A stretch of 64,000 nt of DNA, from NCBI GenBank assembly GCA_963805625.1, contig CAWDVE010000004.1, positions 125,923-189,922 of the forward strand, given 5' to 3'. Of this stretch, positions 41,988 to 52,030 are shown in pieces (within the stretch, counting starts at the first letter, position 1; each line of letters starts with the position of its first letter). Position numbers and translations under genes: made by a program. Below the pieces are notes generated by a model. That model was not told where the DNA came from, did not search any database, and was given only the letters and a program-made list of their open reading frames with translations. Origin of the DNA: an uncultured Candidatus Rokubacteria bacterium (GTDB lineage Bacteria; Methylomirabilota; Methylomirabilia; Rokubacteriales; DASRDR01).

Positions 41988-42533
41988 TCAGGGATTCGCG
42001 TCGAGGAGAGCCAGAAGGAGCTGACGGGCCGCCGCCTGTGACCAGTTCCGCGCGCCGACGGCGCGGGCGACCAGACGCCCCTGGCGGTCGAGCACGTAGA
42101 CGGTGGGCGGTCCCCACACGCCGTACAAACGGCCGGCCACGTCGCCGCTCCGATCGAGCAGGACCGGGGCGACGTAGCCGCGCTCCTGCGCGACCTTGCC
42201 GACCTGGGCCGGATCCTCGCGAAAGTTCACGAGCAGGACCTCGAGACCTCGGTCCTTGAGTTCCGCGTAGAGCCGGTTGACGGGAGGCAACTCCTCCCGG
42301 CAATCCGGTCACCATGTCGTCCAGAAGAAGAGCAGGACGACCTTCCCCCGGAGCTCGGCGAGATTCCAGGTGTGCCCGGCGAGGTCCGGGAGACTGAAGG
42401 CGGGCGCAGGCTTGGGAGACTCGTACGGCTGGAAGTCCAGCGCGCCTAGGTCGGGACCCGCGGCTGGCGCGGCGAGGGCCAGGCCCGAGACGAGAAGAGT
42501 GCCGAGGACGGCCAACCCGCGCCGTCGGATCAC
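41988..42533 (-). CDS. TlpA/ResA-like thiol-disulfide oxidoreductase, predicted selenoprotein (W-U-P-D-C), 181 aa
   Basis: Two listed ORFs join in frame through TGA at 42309-42311, giving FFWTTW-U-PDCREE; later cis-Pro-like GPPT; N-terminal signal/anchor. Confidence 0.85.
42273..42308 (-). promoter_or_regulatory. Bacterial SECIS-like hairpin
   Basis: UGA-CCGGAUUGC-CGGGAGG[AGUUG]CCUCCCG-U-CAACCGG; loop begins 16 nt after UGA with G in second position. Confidence 0.7.
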
Positions 42534-43081
42534 GACGCCCCGCTCTCGCGGAGGGCCTTGAGGAGGTCCTCCGGCTCCAGGAGGTCCAGCGCATTGTCCT
42601 GGATCTTGACGAACCGGACGGTGCCCTCGCGATCGAGGATGAAGTAGGCGCGCTTGGCGTAGCGGAAGATGGGACTCTTCTCGTCGGTGACCATTGCGCC
42701 GTAGGCGGGCAACATCTGCCGCCGCTGGTCCGACAGGAGCGGGTGCTTGACCCCGATCTGCTTCTGGAAGGCATCGAGGGCGGAAACGAAGTCCACGCTG
42801 ATCCCGACGAGCTGAGCGTTGAGCGCCTGGAAGTCGGCGAGCCGGGCGTCCAGCCCGGTGATCTCCTTCGTTCAGGGGCCGTTGAACGCGCCGATGAACG
42901 TGTAGAGCACGATCGGCCCCTTGCCGAGCAGGTCCGCGAGCTTGACCTGCTTGCCGCCCGGCGCATTCAGGACGAAGTCCGGGGCCTTCTGCCCGACGTC
43001 CAGCGCCAGAACGGGGCTGGCGAGCCCCACCGCGGCGAGGGTGACCAGCGGGACGATTCGCGCGAGACGGGGTCGGAGCAT
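42530..43081 (-). CDS. Peroxiredoxin-like (AhpC/TSA) protein, predicted selenoprotein, 183 aa
   Basis: Two listed ORFs join through TGA at 42872-42874: GAFNGP-U-TKE at the peroxidatic position; VGQKAPDF, GISVD, LLSD, KRAYFILD; GAGGAGG RBS; signal peptide; no Cys. Confidence 0.85.
42839..42871 (-). promoter_or_regulatory. Bacterial SECIS-like hairpin
   Basis: UGA-ACGAAGGAGAUCA-CCGGGC[UGGAC]GCCCGG-CUC; loop begins 19 nt after UGA with G in second position. Confidence 0.65.
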
Positions 43082-43209
43082 GGTAGCCTCCTCTTCAGTC
43101 GGAGTTCGAGGGGCGGAGGAACGCGGGCCCGGTGTCGGGATGAACCCTTGTCAAGTATGCGGCTCCCGTCGGGAGAACGCGACCAGGCCCGCCCAGGGTT
43201 CCCCGGCCC

Positions 43210-43500
43210 TTACGCCGGCGGGCTCATTCCAGGCTCTCGATCTCCACGATGGTCCAGGGATCCCGGAGCGGCCCCGCCGGGCTCAGCCGGAGGTAGCGGA
43301 GGCGTCCGCGGGAACGCGATGGCCCACCTCGGCCCGCCGTTACGCAGGAGCTCCGAGCCGGTCCAGTAGAGCGACCCCGCCCAGGCTAGCAGCTCGAGGG
43401 GAGTCCACGTGACGCCGTCGACCGAGGCTGACAGGCGCGCAATTCGCGGCCGGGAGGCCAGGCCGAACCTCGACGGGGCTTGCGAGCATGTCTCCGGCAT
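43210..43500 (-). CDS. Possible small hypothetical protein
   Basis: Fills the gap between genes; the segment SASVDGVTWTPLELLAWAGSLYWTG looks protein-like; no clear RBS. Confidence 0.3.
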   Translation of the reverse strand: MPETCSQAPSRFGLASRPRIARLSASVDGVTWTPLELLAWAGSLYWTGSELLRNGGPRWAIAFPRTPPLPPAEPGGAAPGSLDHRGDREPGMSPPA

Positions 43501-43602
43501 GGCGGTGTGTCGGGCGTCGGCCGCGTACACGGTACCACACCGCTCCGCGGGCGACCGCGACCTGGTCCGGGCTATGCTGTGGCGATCGAGGAGGGATCCT
43601 GC

Positions 43603-43980
43603 ATGCCAGGACGGCGGACGATCACGCTCGAGCCGTACCGCGGGCAGTGGCCGCCAGACGACGCCGACGCCGGCTTCCGCCAACTGGTGTCGGAGTACTC
43701 GGCGATCGATCCCATGCCCACCCTCGAGGAGCTGGGCCGCCGCAAGGGGATTCCCGTCGGTGCGCTCGTCGCGTTCGTCCTGGCGCGCTACTGCGCCTCG
43801 GGGAGCGAGGCGCTCCTCTACGCGGGCCCGGTCGTGGTACACGAGATGGACGAGATCGTCCGGAAGGCGGAGGCCGCCGGCACCGACGCCGCCAGGCTCG
43901 ACGCGTACCGCGCCCTCAGCGCGATCGTGTCGTGGCTCAGGGTTCCCCTGGAGGACCCGAGCTGGCGCCCCGGCGAATGA
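43603..43980 (+). CDS. Hypothetical protein (possibly DUF6027-like)
   Basis: GAGGAGG RBS, coding-like composition; family name recalled from W.PDD..A.F / DP..TL / SGSEALL motifs and unverified. Confidence 0.6.
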   Translation: MPGRRTITLEPYRGQWPPDDADAGFRQLVSEYSAIDPMPTLEELGRRKGIPVGALVAFVLARYCASGSEALLYAGPVVVHEMDEIVRKAEAAGTDAARLDAYRALSAIVSWLRVPLEDPSWRPGE

Positions 43981-44088
43981 GGCTCACCTCCGGAGCCCGG
44001 GCAGCCCACCCAATTTCCACGGCCATCGTCGACCCGGTTGCGCGCGACTGGGGGCGAGACTAGGATACGGGCCGCCGCCCCAACTGCT

Positions 44089-46194
44089 ATGGAGAGCCGC
44101 TATCAGGACGAGGCCGTGCGCGCGCTCGATCTCGTCGACCAGCTCGTGCAGGTCTCGCGCTGGGTCGGCGCCGAGACGACGCTCGCGGTCTGGGGCGGGG
44201 GAAACACGTCGGTCAAGCTCACCGAGCCCGACCTCCTCGGCCGGCCTGTCCGGGTCCTGCGGGTCAAGGGCAGCGGGTCGGACCTCAAGAGCGTGACGCG
44301 CCGGGACTTCCCCGGCGTGCGCCTCACCGAGGTGCTCGCGCTCCTCGAGCGCGACGACATGGGCGACCAGGAGATGGTCGACTACCTCACGCGCTGCCTC
44401 CAGGAGCCGGGCTCGCCCCGGCCGTCGATCGAGACCCTCCTCCACGGCTTCCTCGACGCGGAGGCGGTGATCCACACCCACGCGGACGCGATCGTCGGCC
44501 TCACCAACACCGAGCGCGGCCGCGAGGTCGTCGAGGACCTGTTCGGCAAGGAGACCGTGTGGGTGCCCTACCGGCGTCCCGGCTTCCGGCTGTCGCGCGA
44601 GGTCTGGGCGGCCATCCGGGCGCGGCCGGCGGCGCGAGCGATCGTCCTCGAGAAGCACGGGCTCAGCACGTGGGGCGCGACGCTCAAGGGCGCGTACCTC
44701 GCGACGATCGACCTGGTGACGCGGGCCGAGGAGCGCCTTCGTGATGCCGGGCGGGCGCGGCGGCCGTTCGGCCCTTCGACCGTGGCCACGCCGGACGCGG
44801 AGACCCGGAAGCGCGTGGCCCGCGAGGTCGCCCCCGTCCTGCGCGGGATACTCGGGCGCGACCGCCGAATGGTGCTCCGCTTCGACGACGGCGAGGACAT
44901 CCGCGAGCTCGCCGGCGCCCCCGAAGCCGCGCGGCTCACCCAGGTCGGCCCCGCCACACCCGACCACACGATCTACTCGAAGCGCCTGGCCTGCTTCGTT
45001 CCCCTCGGGGATCCGGCCTCGCCGGCCGCCGTCGTCGACGCGCTGCGCGCGGCGGTGGCTGGGTTCGTCCAGGACTACACGGCCTACTTCGAGGCCCACC
45101 GCCACGGCGAGCTGATGAGACCCGGCGGCGGCGGCCCGGTCCCGCCGTCGGTCACCCCCACGCTCACCGACCCGTATCCGCGTGTCGTCCTCCTGCCCGG
45201 CCTCGGCATGTTCACGAGCGGGAAGGACGCGCGGACCGCCGGGATCGTCGCCGACATCTACCGCCACACGGCGTGGGTCATCCGGGCGGCGTCGGCCCTC
45301 GGTCCGTATGCGTCGCTCTCAGCGCAGGACGCCTTCAACGTCGAGTTCTGGCCGCTCGAGCTCTACAAGCTCCAGATGGCACCGTCCGAGAAAGAGCTGG
45401 CGCGGCGGGTCGCGCTGGTCACCGGGGGTGCGAGCGGGATCGGCCGGGCGGTGGCCCGGCGGCTCGCCCGGGAGGGCGCCCACGTCGTCGTGACCGACCT
45501 CGACGCGGCTGGCGCTCGCAGGGTCGCCGAGGAGGCTGCGGCGCACGCGGGGCCGGCCTGCCCGCTCGGGCTCGGGATGGACGTCACCTCCGAGGCCTCG
45601 GTCGAGGACGCGGTCTCGGCGACCGTCGACGCGTACGGCGGACTCGACATCGTCGTCTCGAATGCCGGCATCGCCCACTCGGCGGCGATCGACCGGATGA
45701 CGCTCGCCGACTGGGAGCGGAGCTTCGCCGTCAACGCGACCGGGCACTTCCTCGTGGCCCGCGCGGCGCTGCGGGTGATGAAGCCCCAGGGGCTCGGCGG
45801 GAGCCTCGTCTTCGTCGCTACCAAGAACGTGATGTCCCCGGGGAAGGACTTCGCGGCCTACAGCGCCTCGAAGGCCGCCGAGGCGCAGCTCGCCAAGGTC
45901 GCCGCGCTGGAAGGCGGGCCGCACGGGATCCGGGTGAACCTCGTGAACCCCGATGCCGTCTTCCGGGACTCGGGCCTCTGGTCCTCCGAGGTGCGGCACG
46001 AGCGCGCCCGCGCCCAGGGGATCCCCGTCGGGGAGATTGAGGAGTTCTACCGGAAGCGCAACCTCCTCGGCGTCTCCGTGCTGCCGGAGGACGTCGCCGA
46101 GGCGGTGCTCTTCCTAGCCTCGGACCGGGCCGCCAAGACGACCGGCTGCACGGTGACCGTCGACGGCGGCGTCCGCGACGCCTTCCCCAGGTGA
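44089..46194 (+). CDS. Bifunctional class II aldolase / short-chain dehydrogenase (RhaEW/YuxG-like)
   Basis: GGGNTSVK, VKGSGSDL, PSIETLLH, HTHAD, TPDH; C-terminal SDR TGGASGIG, NAG, YSASK. Confidence 0.88.
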   Translation: MESRYQDEAVRALDLVDQLVQVSRWVGAETTLAVWGGGNTSVKLTEPDLLGRPVRVLRVKGSGSDLKSVTRRDFPGVRLTEVLALLERDDMGDQEMVDYLTRCLQEPGSPRPSIETLLHGFLDAEAVIHTHADAIVGLTNTERGREVVEDLFGKETVWVPYRRPGFRLSREVWAAIRARPAARAIVLEKHGLSTWGATLKGAYLATIDLVTRAEERLRDAGRARRPFGPSTVATPDAETRKRVAREVAPVLRGILGRDRRMVLRFDDGEDIRELAGAPEAARLTQVGPATPDHTIYSKRLACFVPLGDPASPAAVVDALRAAVAGFVQDYTAYFEAHRHGELMRPGGGGPVPPSVTPTLTDPYPRVVLLPGLGMFTSGKDARTAGIVADIYRHTAWVIRAASALGPYASLSAQDAFNVEFWPLELYKLQMAPSEKELARRVALVTGGASGIGRAVARRLAREGAHVVVTDLDAAGARRVAEEAAAHAGPACPLGLGMDVTSEASVEDAVSATVDAYGGLDIVVSNAGIAHSAAIDRMTLADWERSFAVNATGHFLVARAALRVMKPQGLGGSLVFVATKNVMSPGKDFAAYSASKAAEAQLAKVAALEGGPHGIRVNLVNPDAVFRDSGLWSSEVRHERARAQGIPVGEIEEFYRKRNLLGVSVLPEDVAEAVLFLASDRAAKTTGCTVTVDGGVRDAFPR

Positions 46195-46228
46195 GCGGAC
46201 CCGGGTCGCGGGCAGGCTAGGCCGGCGG

Positions 46229-46741
46229 ATGCCCGTCCGGTTCGGTATCGAGCTCCAGCATCGTCCCGAGCTCCTGGGGCCGGTTGCGATCCGGGCAGAG
46301 GCGCTCGGCTTCGACTCGGTCTGGATCGGCGACCACGTGGCGTTCCACAATCCCACCCTCGACTCGCTGGCCGCGTTGAGCTACGTGGCGGCGGTGACGC
46401 GACGCGTGCGGATCGGCCCGTCGGTGTACCTTCTTGCCCTCCGGCATCCGACGATCGCCGCGAAGCTGGTCGCCTCCCTCGACGTGCTGTCGGGCGGCCG
46501 TGTCGTCTTCGGTGTCGGCGTCGGCGGGGAGTTTCCGAAGGAGTTCGAGGCGTGCGGTATCCCTCACCGGGAGCGCGGCGCGCGTGTGGACGAGGGCATC
46601 GCGGTGTGCCGGGCGCTCTGGGGCCCGTCCCCCGCCTCGTTCGGGGGCCGGTTCACCGAGCGCTTCGGGACCGAGATTCTGGCGCGCGTGCCGGCCTGGG
46701 CCGGGCCGGACGCGGTGCTTCCTGTCGCATGGCGGACCTGA
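46229..46741 (+). pseudogene. LLM-class flavin-dependent oxidoreductase, truncated or internally deleted
   Basis: AEALGFDSVWIGDH, LRHP, SLDVLSGGR, GVGVG motifs present but only 170 aa; ...SFGGRFT jumps to the terminal-like ERFGTEIL. Confidence 0.65.
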
Positions 46742-48378
46742 CCGGAGGCGAGCTGGTCGCGCGCGTCCTCGCCCGCGAGGGCGTCGGCGCCATCTTCACG
46801 CTCTGCGGCGGCCACATCCTGCCGATCTACGACGCCTGCCTCCGCCACGGCATCCGCGTGATCGACGTCCGCCACGAGCAGGCGGCGGCGCACGCCGCGG
46901 ACGCGTGGGCGCGCCTCACCCGCGGGCTCGGCGTCGCCGTGGTCGTGCCGGGCCCCGGTGTCACCGACGCCGTGACCGGCGTCGCGAACGCCCACGCCGC
47001 GCGGAGCCCTCTCCTCCTGATCGGGGGCGGGTCGCCGCTCGGGCTCAAGGGCCGGGGCGCCCTCCAGGAGATGGACCAGGTCTCGCTCCTGCGGCCCATC
47101 ACGAAGGGCGCCTGGGCGGTGCCGGAGCCTCGCCTCATCCCGGAGTACCTCGCGCGCGCGGTCGAGGTGGCACTGTCGGGTCAGCCGGGTCCCGTCTTCG
47201 TCGAGATCGCGGTCGACCTCTTGATGTCGACGGTCGACGAGCGGGATGCGCTCGTGCCGGCTCCCGGGCCACGCGGCCGGCCGGCCCCCGACGCCGGCGC
47301 GGTCGACCGGGTGGCGGCGCTGCTGGCCGCCGCCGAGTGTCCCGCCATCGTGGCGGGGAGCGGCGTCTACTGGGACGGGGCATGGAATGCGCTCGCCGGC
47401 CTCGCCGAGCGCGCCGGGATCCCCGTCTTCACGAATGGCATGGGACGCGGGTGCCTTCCGCACGACCACCCGATGGCATTCCAGCTGGCGCGCGGGCTCG
47501 CCCTCCGCGAGGCGGACGTCGTTCTCGTCCTGGGCACCCCGCTCGACTTCCGCCTCGGCTACGGCCAGGCGCCGGTGTTCGGCGAGGGGGCGCAGGTCGT
47601 GATGGTCGACGCGGAGGGGGGCGACTTCGGGCGGAACCGGACGCTCGCCGCGGGCCTGGCGGCGGACGTCCGCCAGACCCTCGAGGCGCTAGAGACATCC
47701 GTCCCGGCGGGACTGCCGGCCCGGAGCGGGGACTGGCGCCGGCGACTCCGCGACAAGGAGGACGACGAGCGCGCGAAGCAGGCCGCGCTCGCGGCTTCGG
47801 ATCAGACGCCCATCACCCATTACCGGCTGGCGGCCGAGCTGGCGGCGGTCATGAGTGATCGCACCTGCCTGGTCGCGGACGGGGGCGACGTGGTGACCTG
47901 CGCCTCGAAGATCGTGACGCTCTCGCGGCCCGCCCAGTGGCTCGATCCGGGACCGCTCGGCGTTCTCGGAGTGGGCCCGCCCTTCGCGCTGGCGGCGAAG
48001 GCGCTCCGTCCCGAGTGGCGCGTCTTGCTCCTGTCGGGGGACGGCGCCTTCGGGCTGAACGGCATGGAGCTCGAGACCGCGGTCCGCTTCGACCTCCCCC
48101 TGGTCTGCGTTATCGGCAACGACGGCGGGTGGGGGATGATCCGGTCGGTCCAGCAGAGCTTCTACGGCCGCGAGCGGACCGTCGCGACGTCGCTGCCGTT
48201 CACGCGCTACGACCGTGTCGTCCAGGCGCTGGGCGGAGAGGGCGAGACGATCGAGGATCCGCGCCGCCTCCGCCCAGCGCTCGAGCGTGCCCTCGGATCC
48301 GGGCAGGTCGCGTGCCTGAATGTTATCCTGGACCCGGATGCCTACCGCCGCGAGGGCGGTGGCAGCCTGGCCATCTGA
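46729..48378 (+). CDS. ThDP-dependent enzyme (ALS / 2-hydroxyacyl-CoA lyase-like)
   Basis: [37 protein letters not shown]...ND. Confidence 0.85.
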   Translation: MADLTGGELVARVLAREGVGAIFTLCGGHILPIYDACLRHGIRVIDVRHEQAAAHAADAWARLTRGLGVAVVVPGPGVTDAVTGVANAHAARSPLLLIGGGSPLGLKGRGALQEMDQVSLLRPITKGAWAVPEPRLIPEYLARAVEVALSGQPGPVFVEIAVDLLMSTVDERDALVPAPGPRGRPAPDAGAVDRVAALLAAAECPAIVAGSGVYWDGAWNALAGLAERAGIPVFTNGMGRGCLPHDHPMAFQLARGLALREADVVLVLGTPLDFRLGYGQAPVFGEGAQVVMVDAEGGDFGRNRTLAAGLAADVRQTLEALETSVPAGLPARSGDWRRRLRDKEDDERAKQAALAASDQTPITHYRLAAELAAVMSDRTCLVADGGDVVTCASKIVTLSRPAQWLDPGPLGVLGVGPPFALAAKALRPEWRVLLLSGDGAFGLNGMELETAVRFDLPLVCVIGNDGGWGMIRSVQQSFYGRERTVATSLPFTRYDRVVQALGGEGETIEDPRRLRPALERALGSGQVACLNVILDPDAYRREGGGSLAI

Positions 48379-48413
48379 CGGTCGAAGGGCTGCAGGCCCC
48401 GGGGGGAGCGCCG

Positions 48414-49841
48414 ATGGAGTCGACCACGCCCGCTCGCCACGTGCCCGGGCCGACCCGGACCGAGCGCGACACCATGGGCCCCGTCGAGGTCCCCGCCGAC
48501 CGCTACTGGGGCGCCCAGACGCAGCGCTCCGTCGAGCACTTCCGGATCGGCGGCGAGCGGTTTCCCCGCGAGATGATCCGGGCGTTTGGCATCCTCAAGA
48601 AAGCCTGCGCCCTGGTGAACCGAGACCTCGGGCTCCTGCCCGACGGCAAGGCGCGAGCCATCGTGCAGGCCGCGGACGAGGTGATCGCGGGTCGCCTCGA
48701 CGACCACTTCCCCCTCGTCGTGTGGCAGACGGGGAGCGGCACCCAGACGAACATGAACGCGAACGAGGTGATCGCGAACCGCGCGACCGAGATCCTCGGC
48801 GGTGCGCTGGGCGCGCGGCTCGTCCACCCGAATGACGACGTCAACCGGAGCCAGTCCTCGAACGACACGTTCCCGACGGCGATGCACGTCGCGGTCGTGG
48901 AGCAGCTCCGCGGCCGCCTGTTCCCGGCGGTCCAGCGCCTGAGGGACACCCTCGCCCGGAAGTCCGCCGCCTACCGGGACGTCGTCAAGATCGGGCGGAC
49001 CCATCTCCAGGACGCGGTGCCCCTCACGCTGGGCCAGGAGATCTCGGGGTGGGTGAGCCAGCTCGAGCACGCTCTCAGGCACCTCGAGGCGGCGATGCCC
49101 CATCTCCACGAGCTGGCCATCGGCGGCACCGCGGTCGGGACCGGGCTCAACGCCCCGCCGGGCTTCGGGGAGGCCGCGGCGAAGCGGATCGCGGAGCTGA
49201 CGGGGCGGCCGTTCGTCCCGGCCGAGAACCCGTTCGAGGCCCTGGCCGCGCACGACGCGCTCGTCGCGGCCCACGGTGTGCTGAAGACGCTGGCGGTCGG
49301 GCTCATGAAGATCGCCAACGACGTTCGCTGGCTCGCGTCGGGGCCGCGCTCGGGCCTCGGCGAGATCACGATCCCCGAGAACGAGCCCGGCAGCTCGATC
49401 ATGCCGGGCAAGGTCAACCCCACCCAGTCGGAGGCGCTGACCATGGTGTGCGCCCAGGTGCTCGGCAACGACGTCGCGGTCAATGTCGGCGGCGCCTCGG
49501 GGAACTTCGAGCTCAACGTCTTCAAGCCGCTCATCGTCCACAACGTCCTCCAGTCGGTACGCCTCCTCGCCGATGCGGCCGAGTCCTTCGAGGAGCACTG
49601 CGCCCGGGGCCTCGAGCCGAATCTCCCGCGCATCCGGGAGCAGCTCGAGCGTTCGCTCATGCTCGTGACGGCCCTCGCGCCCCGGCTCGGCTACGACCGC
49701 GCCGCGGAGATTGCCAAGAAGGCGCACCGGGAGAGCACGACCCTCCGCGAGGCTGCCGTGGCGCTCGGTTACCTTACGGCAGCGGAGTTCGACCGCGAGG
49801 TCCGGCCCGAGCGGATGACGCGTCCCTCGGGGGAGTCCTAG
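48414..49841 (+). CDS. fumC: Class II fumarate hydratase
   Basis: [40 protein letters not shown]. Confidence 0.96.
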   Translation: MESTTPARHVPGPTRTERDTMGPVEVPADRYWGAQTQRSVEHFRIGGERFPREMIRAFGILKKACALVNRDLGLLPDGKARAIVQAADEVIAGRLDDHFPLVVWQTGSGTQTNMNANEVIANRATEILGGALGARLVHPNDDVNRSQSSNDTFPTAMHVAVVEQLRGRLFPAVQRLRDTLARKSAAYRDVVKIGRTHLQDAVPLTLGQEISGWVSQLEHALRHLEAAMPHLHELAIGGTAVGTGLNAPPGFGEAAAKRIAELTGRPFVPAENPFEALAAHDALVAAHGVLKTLAVGLMKIANDVRWLASGPRSGLGEITIPENEPGSSIMPGKVNPTQSEALTMVCAQVLGNDVAVNVGGASGNFELNVFKPLIVHNVLQSVRLLADAAESFEEHCARGLEPNLPRIREQLERSLMLVTALAPRLGYDRAAEIAKKAHRESTTLREAAVALGYLTAAEFDREVRPERMTRPSGES

Positions 49842-50088
49842 AGAAGCGGGACAGGATGAACCGAGCCGGCCTCCTGGACGGCGCGGGACGACCGTCCCGG
49901 GCCAGCCCCCAGGGCCCCTCCCCCGGAGTGGGGGACCATGTGACGGTTTGTGACCCGTGGCTCCTTGGCCGGACTCGGGACGCTCGCGCTGACGCCGGCA
50001 GGAACTGGGAGGCTGGACCGGTGCAACCCCTCGCAGAATTTGATCCCAGGCGTCTTGAGCTCCCACGCAGACCTGCTGGGAGCTCCTC

Positions 50089-50104
50089 TGGCATGCCGGT
50101 TGCT
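50089..50104 (+). promoter_or_regulatory. Sigma54 (-24/-12) promoter
   Basis: TGGCATGCCGGTTGCT (GG-N10-GC), upstream of the small ORF at 50177. Confidence 0.72.
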
Positions 50105-50176
50105 GTCCTCATAGTGGCAAGGCTGATTCCCGGACTGGAGACGCCGAGTCTCAACCGGTGGGAGGAGGTGGCGGCC

Positions 50177-50371
50177 ATGGGAGGTCCTTGGAGAGAGCGG
50201 GGCTTCGATGCCGCGTCGCTGCGGTCGCCCCGGCCGTACAGCGGGCCACGTGCTGGGGCGCTGGCGCGCGAGCGGGAGCCAGACCGGCTGGGGAAGGTCG
50301 TGCTCGTGTACATCATGGCGGTGGCGCTCTCGTTCGGACTGATGCTGAGCCTGTTGCAGCAGGGGTGGTGA
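50177..50371 (+). CDS. Small membrane protein (64 aa, one C-terminal TM helix)
   Basis: GGAGGAGGT RBS, upstream sigma54 box, hydrophobic VVLVYIMAVALSFGLMLSLL. Confidence 0.6.
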   Translation: MGGPWRERGFDAASLRSPRPYSGPRAGALAREREPDRLGKVVLVYIMAVALSFGLMLSLLQQGW

Positions 50372-50492
50372 TCCAACCCGTCCGGATCCGCCTCTGGACA
50401 CGCCGCCCCGGGCTCTGAGGCGGGCTGACGGCGGCTGACGCAGGCGGCGCGGGCGCCAGCGCCGCCGCGCTCCTGCGGCCGCCCACCGTTGC

Positions 50493-50521
50493 TTGACCCC
50501 TCACCCCCCCACTCTTAAAAT
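50493..50521 (+). promoter_or_regulatory. Sigma70 promoter, near-leaderless transcript
   Basis: TTGACC-N17-TAAAAT ending 9 nt before ATG 50531; no SD. Confidence 0.65.
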
Positions 50522-50530
50522 TCGTTCGGT

Positions 50531-50902
50531 ATGCCGATCTACGAGTACCAGTGCGCTGACTGCCGGCGGACCGTGAGCCTCCTGGTGATGCGGATTTCCG
50601 ACCCCACCCCGCCCAGTTGCCCGCGCTGCGGTGGGATCCAGCTCCGCCGGCTCATGTCGCGCTTCGCGACGATCCGTTCGGAGGAGGATCGGCTCGACTC
50701 CCTCGCCGACCCATCGAGCCTCGGCGACCTGAACGAGGACGACCCGAGGAGCGTCGCCCGGTGGATGAAGAAGATGGGCAGCGAGATGGGCGAGGATATG
50801 GGCGAGGACGTCGAGGAAGCTCTGGAAGAGGAGACCAGTGGGGACCTCGGGGCCTCTGCCGAGGGGGCTGGCGAGACGGCGGGCGGAGGGGACGACCTCT
50901 GA
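50531..50902 (+). CDS. FmdB-family zinc-ribbon protein
   Basis: MPIYEYQCADC...CPRCG, acidic tail. Confidence 0.85.
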   Translation: MPIYEYQCADCRRTVSLLVMRISDPTPPSCPRCGGIQLRRLMSRFATIRSEEDRLDSLADPSSLGDLNEDDPRSVARWMKKMGSEMGEDMGEDVEEALEEETSGDLGASAEGAGETAGGGDDL

Positions 50903-51034
50903 CCAGCTCCCCTCCCGCCAGAACCCCCGCTGGGGCCCGGACCGTCTCAACAGGGGACAAATGAGGGCGCCCAACGGGCCGTGTGGCCGGGAGTCAGCCA
51001 GGCTCCTGCGGCCGGCCGGCGGCGCGTGACACCG

Positions 51035-52030
51035 ATGAGGATCGAGCGCTTCTCCGACTGGGATGCCCTCGCGATCGGCGAGTCAGGCTGGAATCGCCTC
51101 GTCGAGCAGTGTCGGGCGCCGGCTCCGTTTGCGACGTGGCAGTTCCAGACCGCTTGGTTCCGCGCTTTCGCCCCCGGACCGCTTCACCTTCTCGCCGCCC
51201 AGGACGGCGCCGGCGAGTGGGTAGGCCTCCTGCCCCTCTACGAGACCCCGACGTCCGATGGCCCGGTGCTGCGCCTCGTGGGGGGCACGGACGTGGCCGA
51301 CTATCTCGATCTCATCGCGGTCGCGGGTCGCGAGGAGGAAGTCTGGAAGGGCATGCTCCCCGCGCTCGGCGACCTCGTGTGGCGGACGGTGGATCTTCGC
51401 CCGGTTCCAGCGGCCTCCGTGACGCCGGGCCTCCTGGGGGGCCTCGCCGCGTCTGCCGGTCTGGCCTGTCGCGTCGACATCGAGGACCGGTGCCCGGTGA
51501 TCGAGCTCGCGGAGACGTGGGACGGCTACCTCGCGGGGCTGTCCGGGAAAGACCGCCACGAGCTCCGGCGGAAGCTCCGCCGAGCCGAAGCGGGGCAGCC
51601 CCGCGTCGAGGTCGCGCGGACCCCGGCGGCCATGAGCGTGCTGATGGACGGCTTCGTCGCCCTCCACCGTCTGTCCAAGGTCGGCAAGGCCCGCTTCATG
51701 GACGATCCCATGGAGGCCTTCTTCCGGGATCTCGGGCGCGCCCTGGCGGAGGCGGGGCTGGCGGCCCTCTGGATGCTCTGGCTCGAGGAGCGCCCGGCGG
51801 CGGCGCTCTTCTGCCTCGAGCAGGCCGGGAGCGTGAGCCTCTACAACTCCGGCTTCGACCCGGAAGCCCGCGCCCTGTCCCCGGGCGTCGTGCTCATCGC
51901 CCGCACGATCGAGGACGCGATCGCGCGAGGCTTCCGGCGCTACGACTTCCTGCGAGGCGAGGAGCCGTACAAGTACGGCTTCGGCGCCGTGCCGACGGAC
52001 GTCCTGCGCGTCACGCTGGAGCGGCCATGA
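51035..52030 (+). CDS. GNAT-fold protein, CelD/BcsL-like
   Basis: DYLDLI, ELRRKLRR, LYNSGFDP, SPGVVL, YDFLRGEEPYK. Confidence 0.8.
   Translation: MRIERFSDWDALAIGESGWNRLVEQCRAPAPFATWQFQTAWFRAFAPGPLHLLAAQDGAGEWVGLLPLYETPTSDGPVLRLVGGTDVADYLDLIAVAGREEEVWKGMLPALGDLVWRTVDLRPVPAASVTPGLLGGLAASAGLACRVDIEDRCPVIELAETWDGYLAGLSGKDRHELRRKLRRAEAGQPRVEVARTPAAMSVLMDGFVALHRLSKVGKARFMDDPMEAFFRDLGRALAEAGLAALWMLWLEERPAAALFCLEQAGSVSLYNSGFDPEARALSPGVVLIARTIEDAIARGFRRYDFLRGEEPYKYGFGAVPTDVLRVTLERP

Noticed and set aside
41988-43081. Four short ORFs read as pseudogene fragments
   Set aside because: Both breaks are TGA at catalytic Cys positions with SECIS-like hairpins; Sec recoding explains them better.
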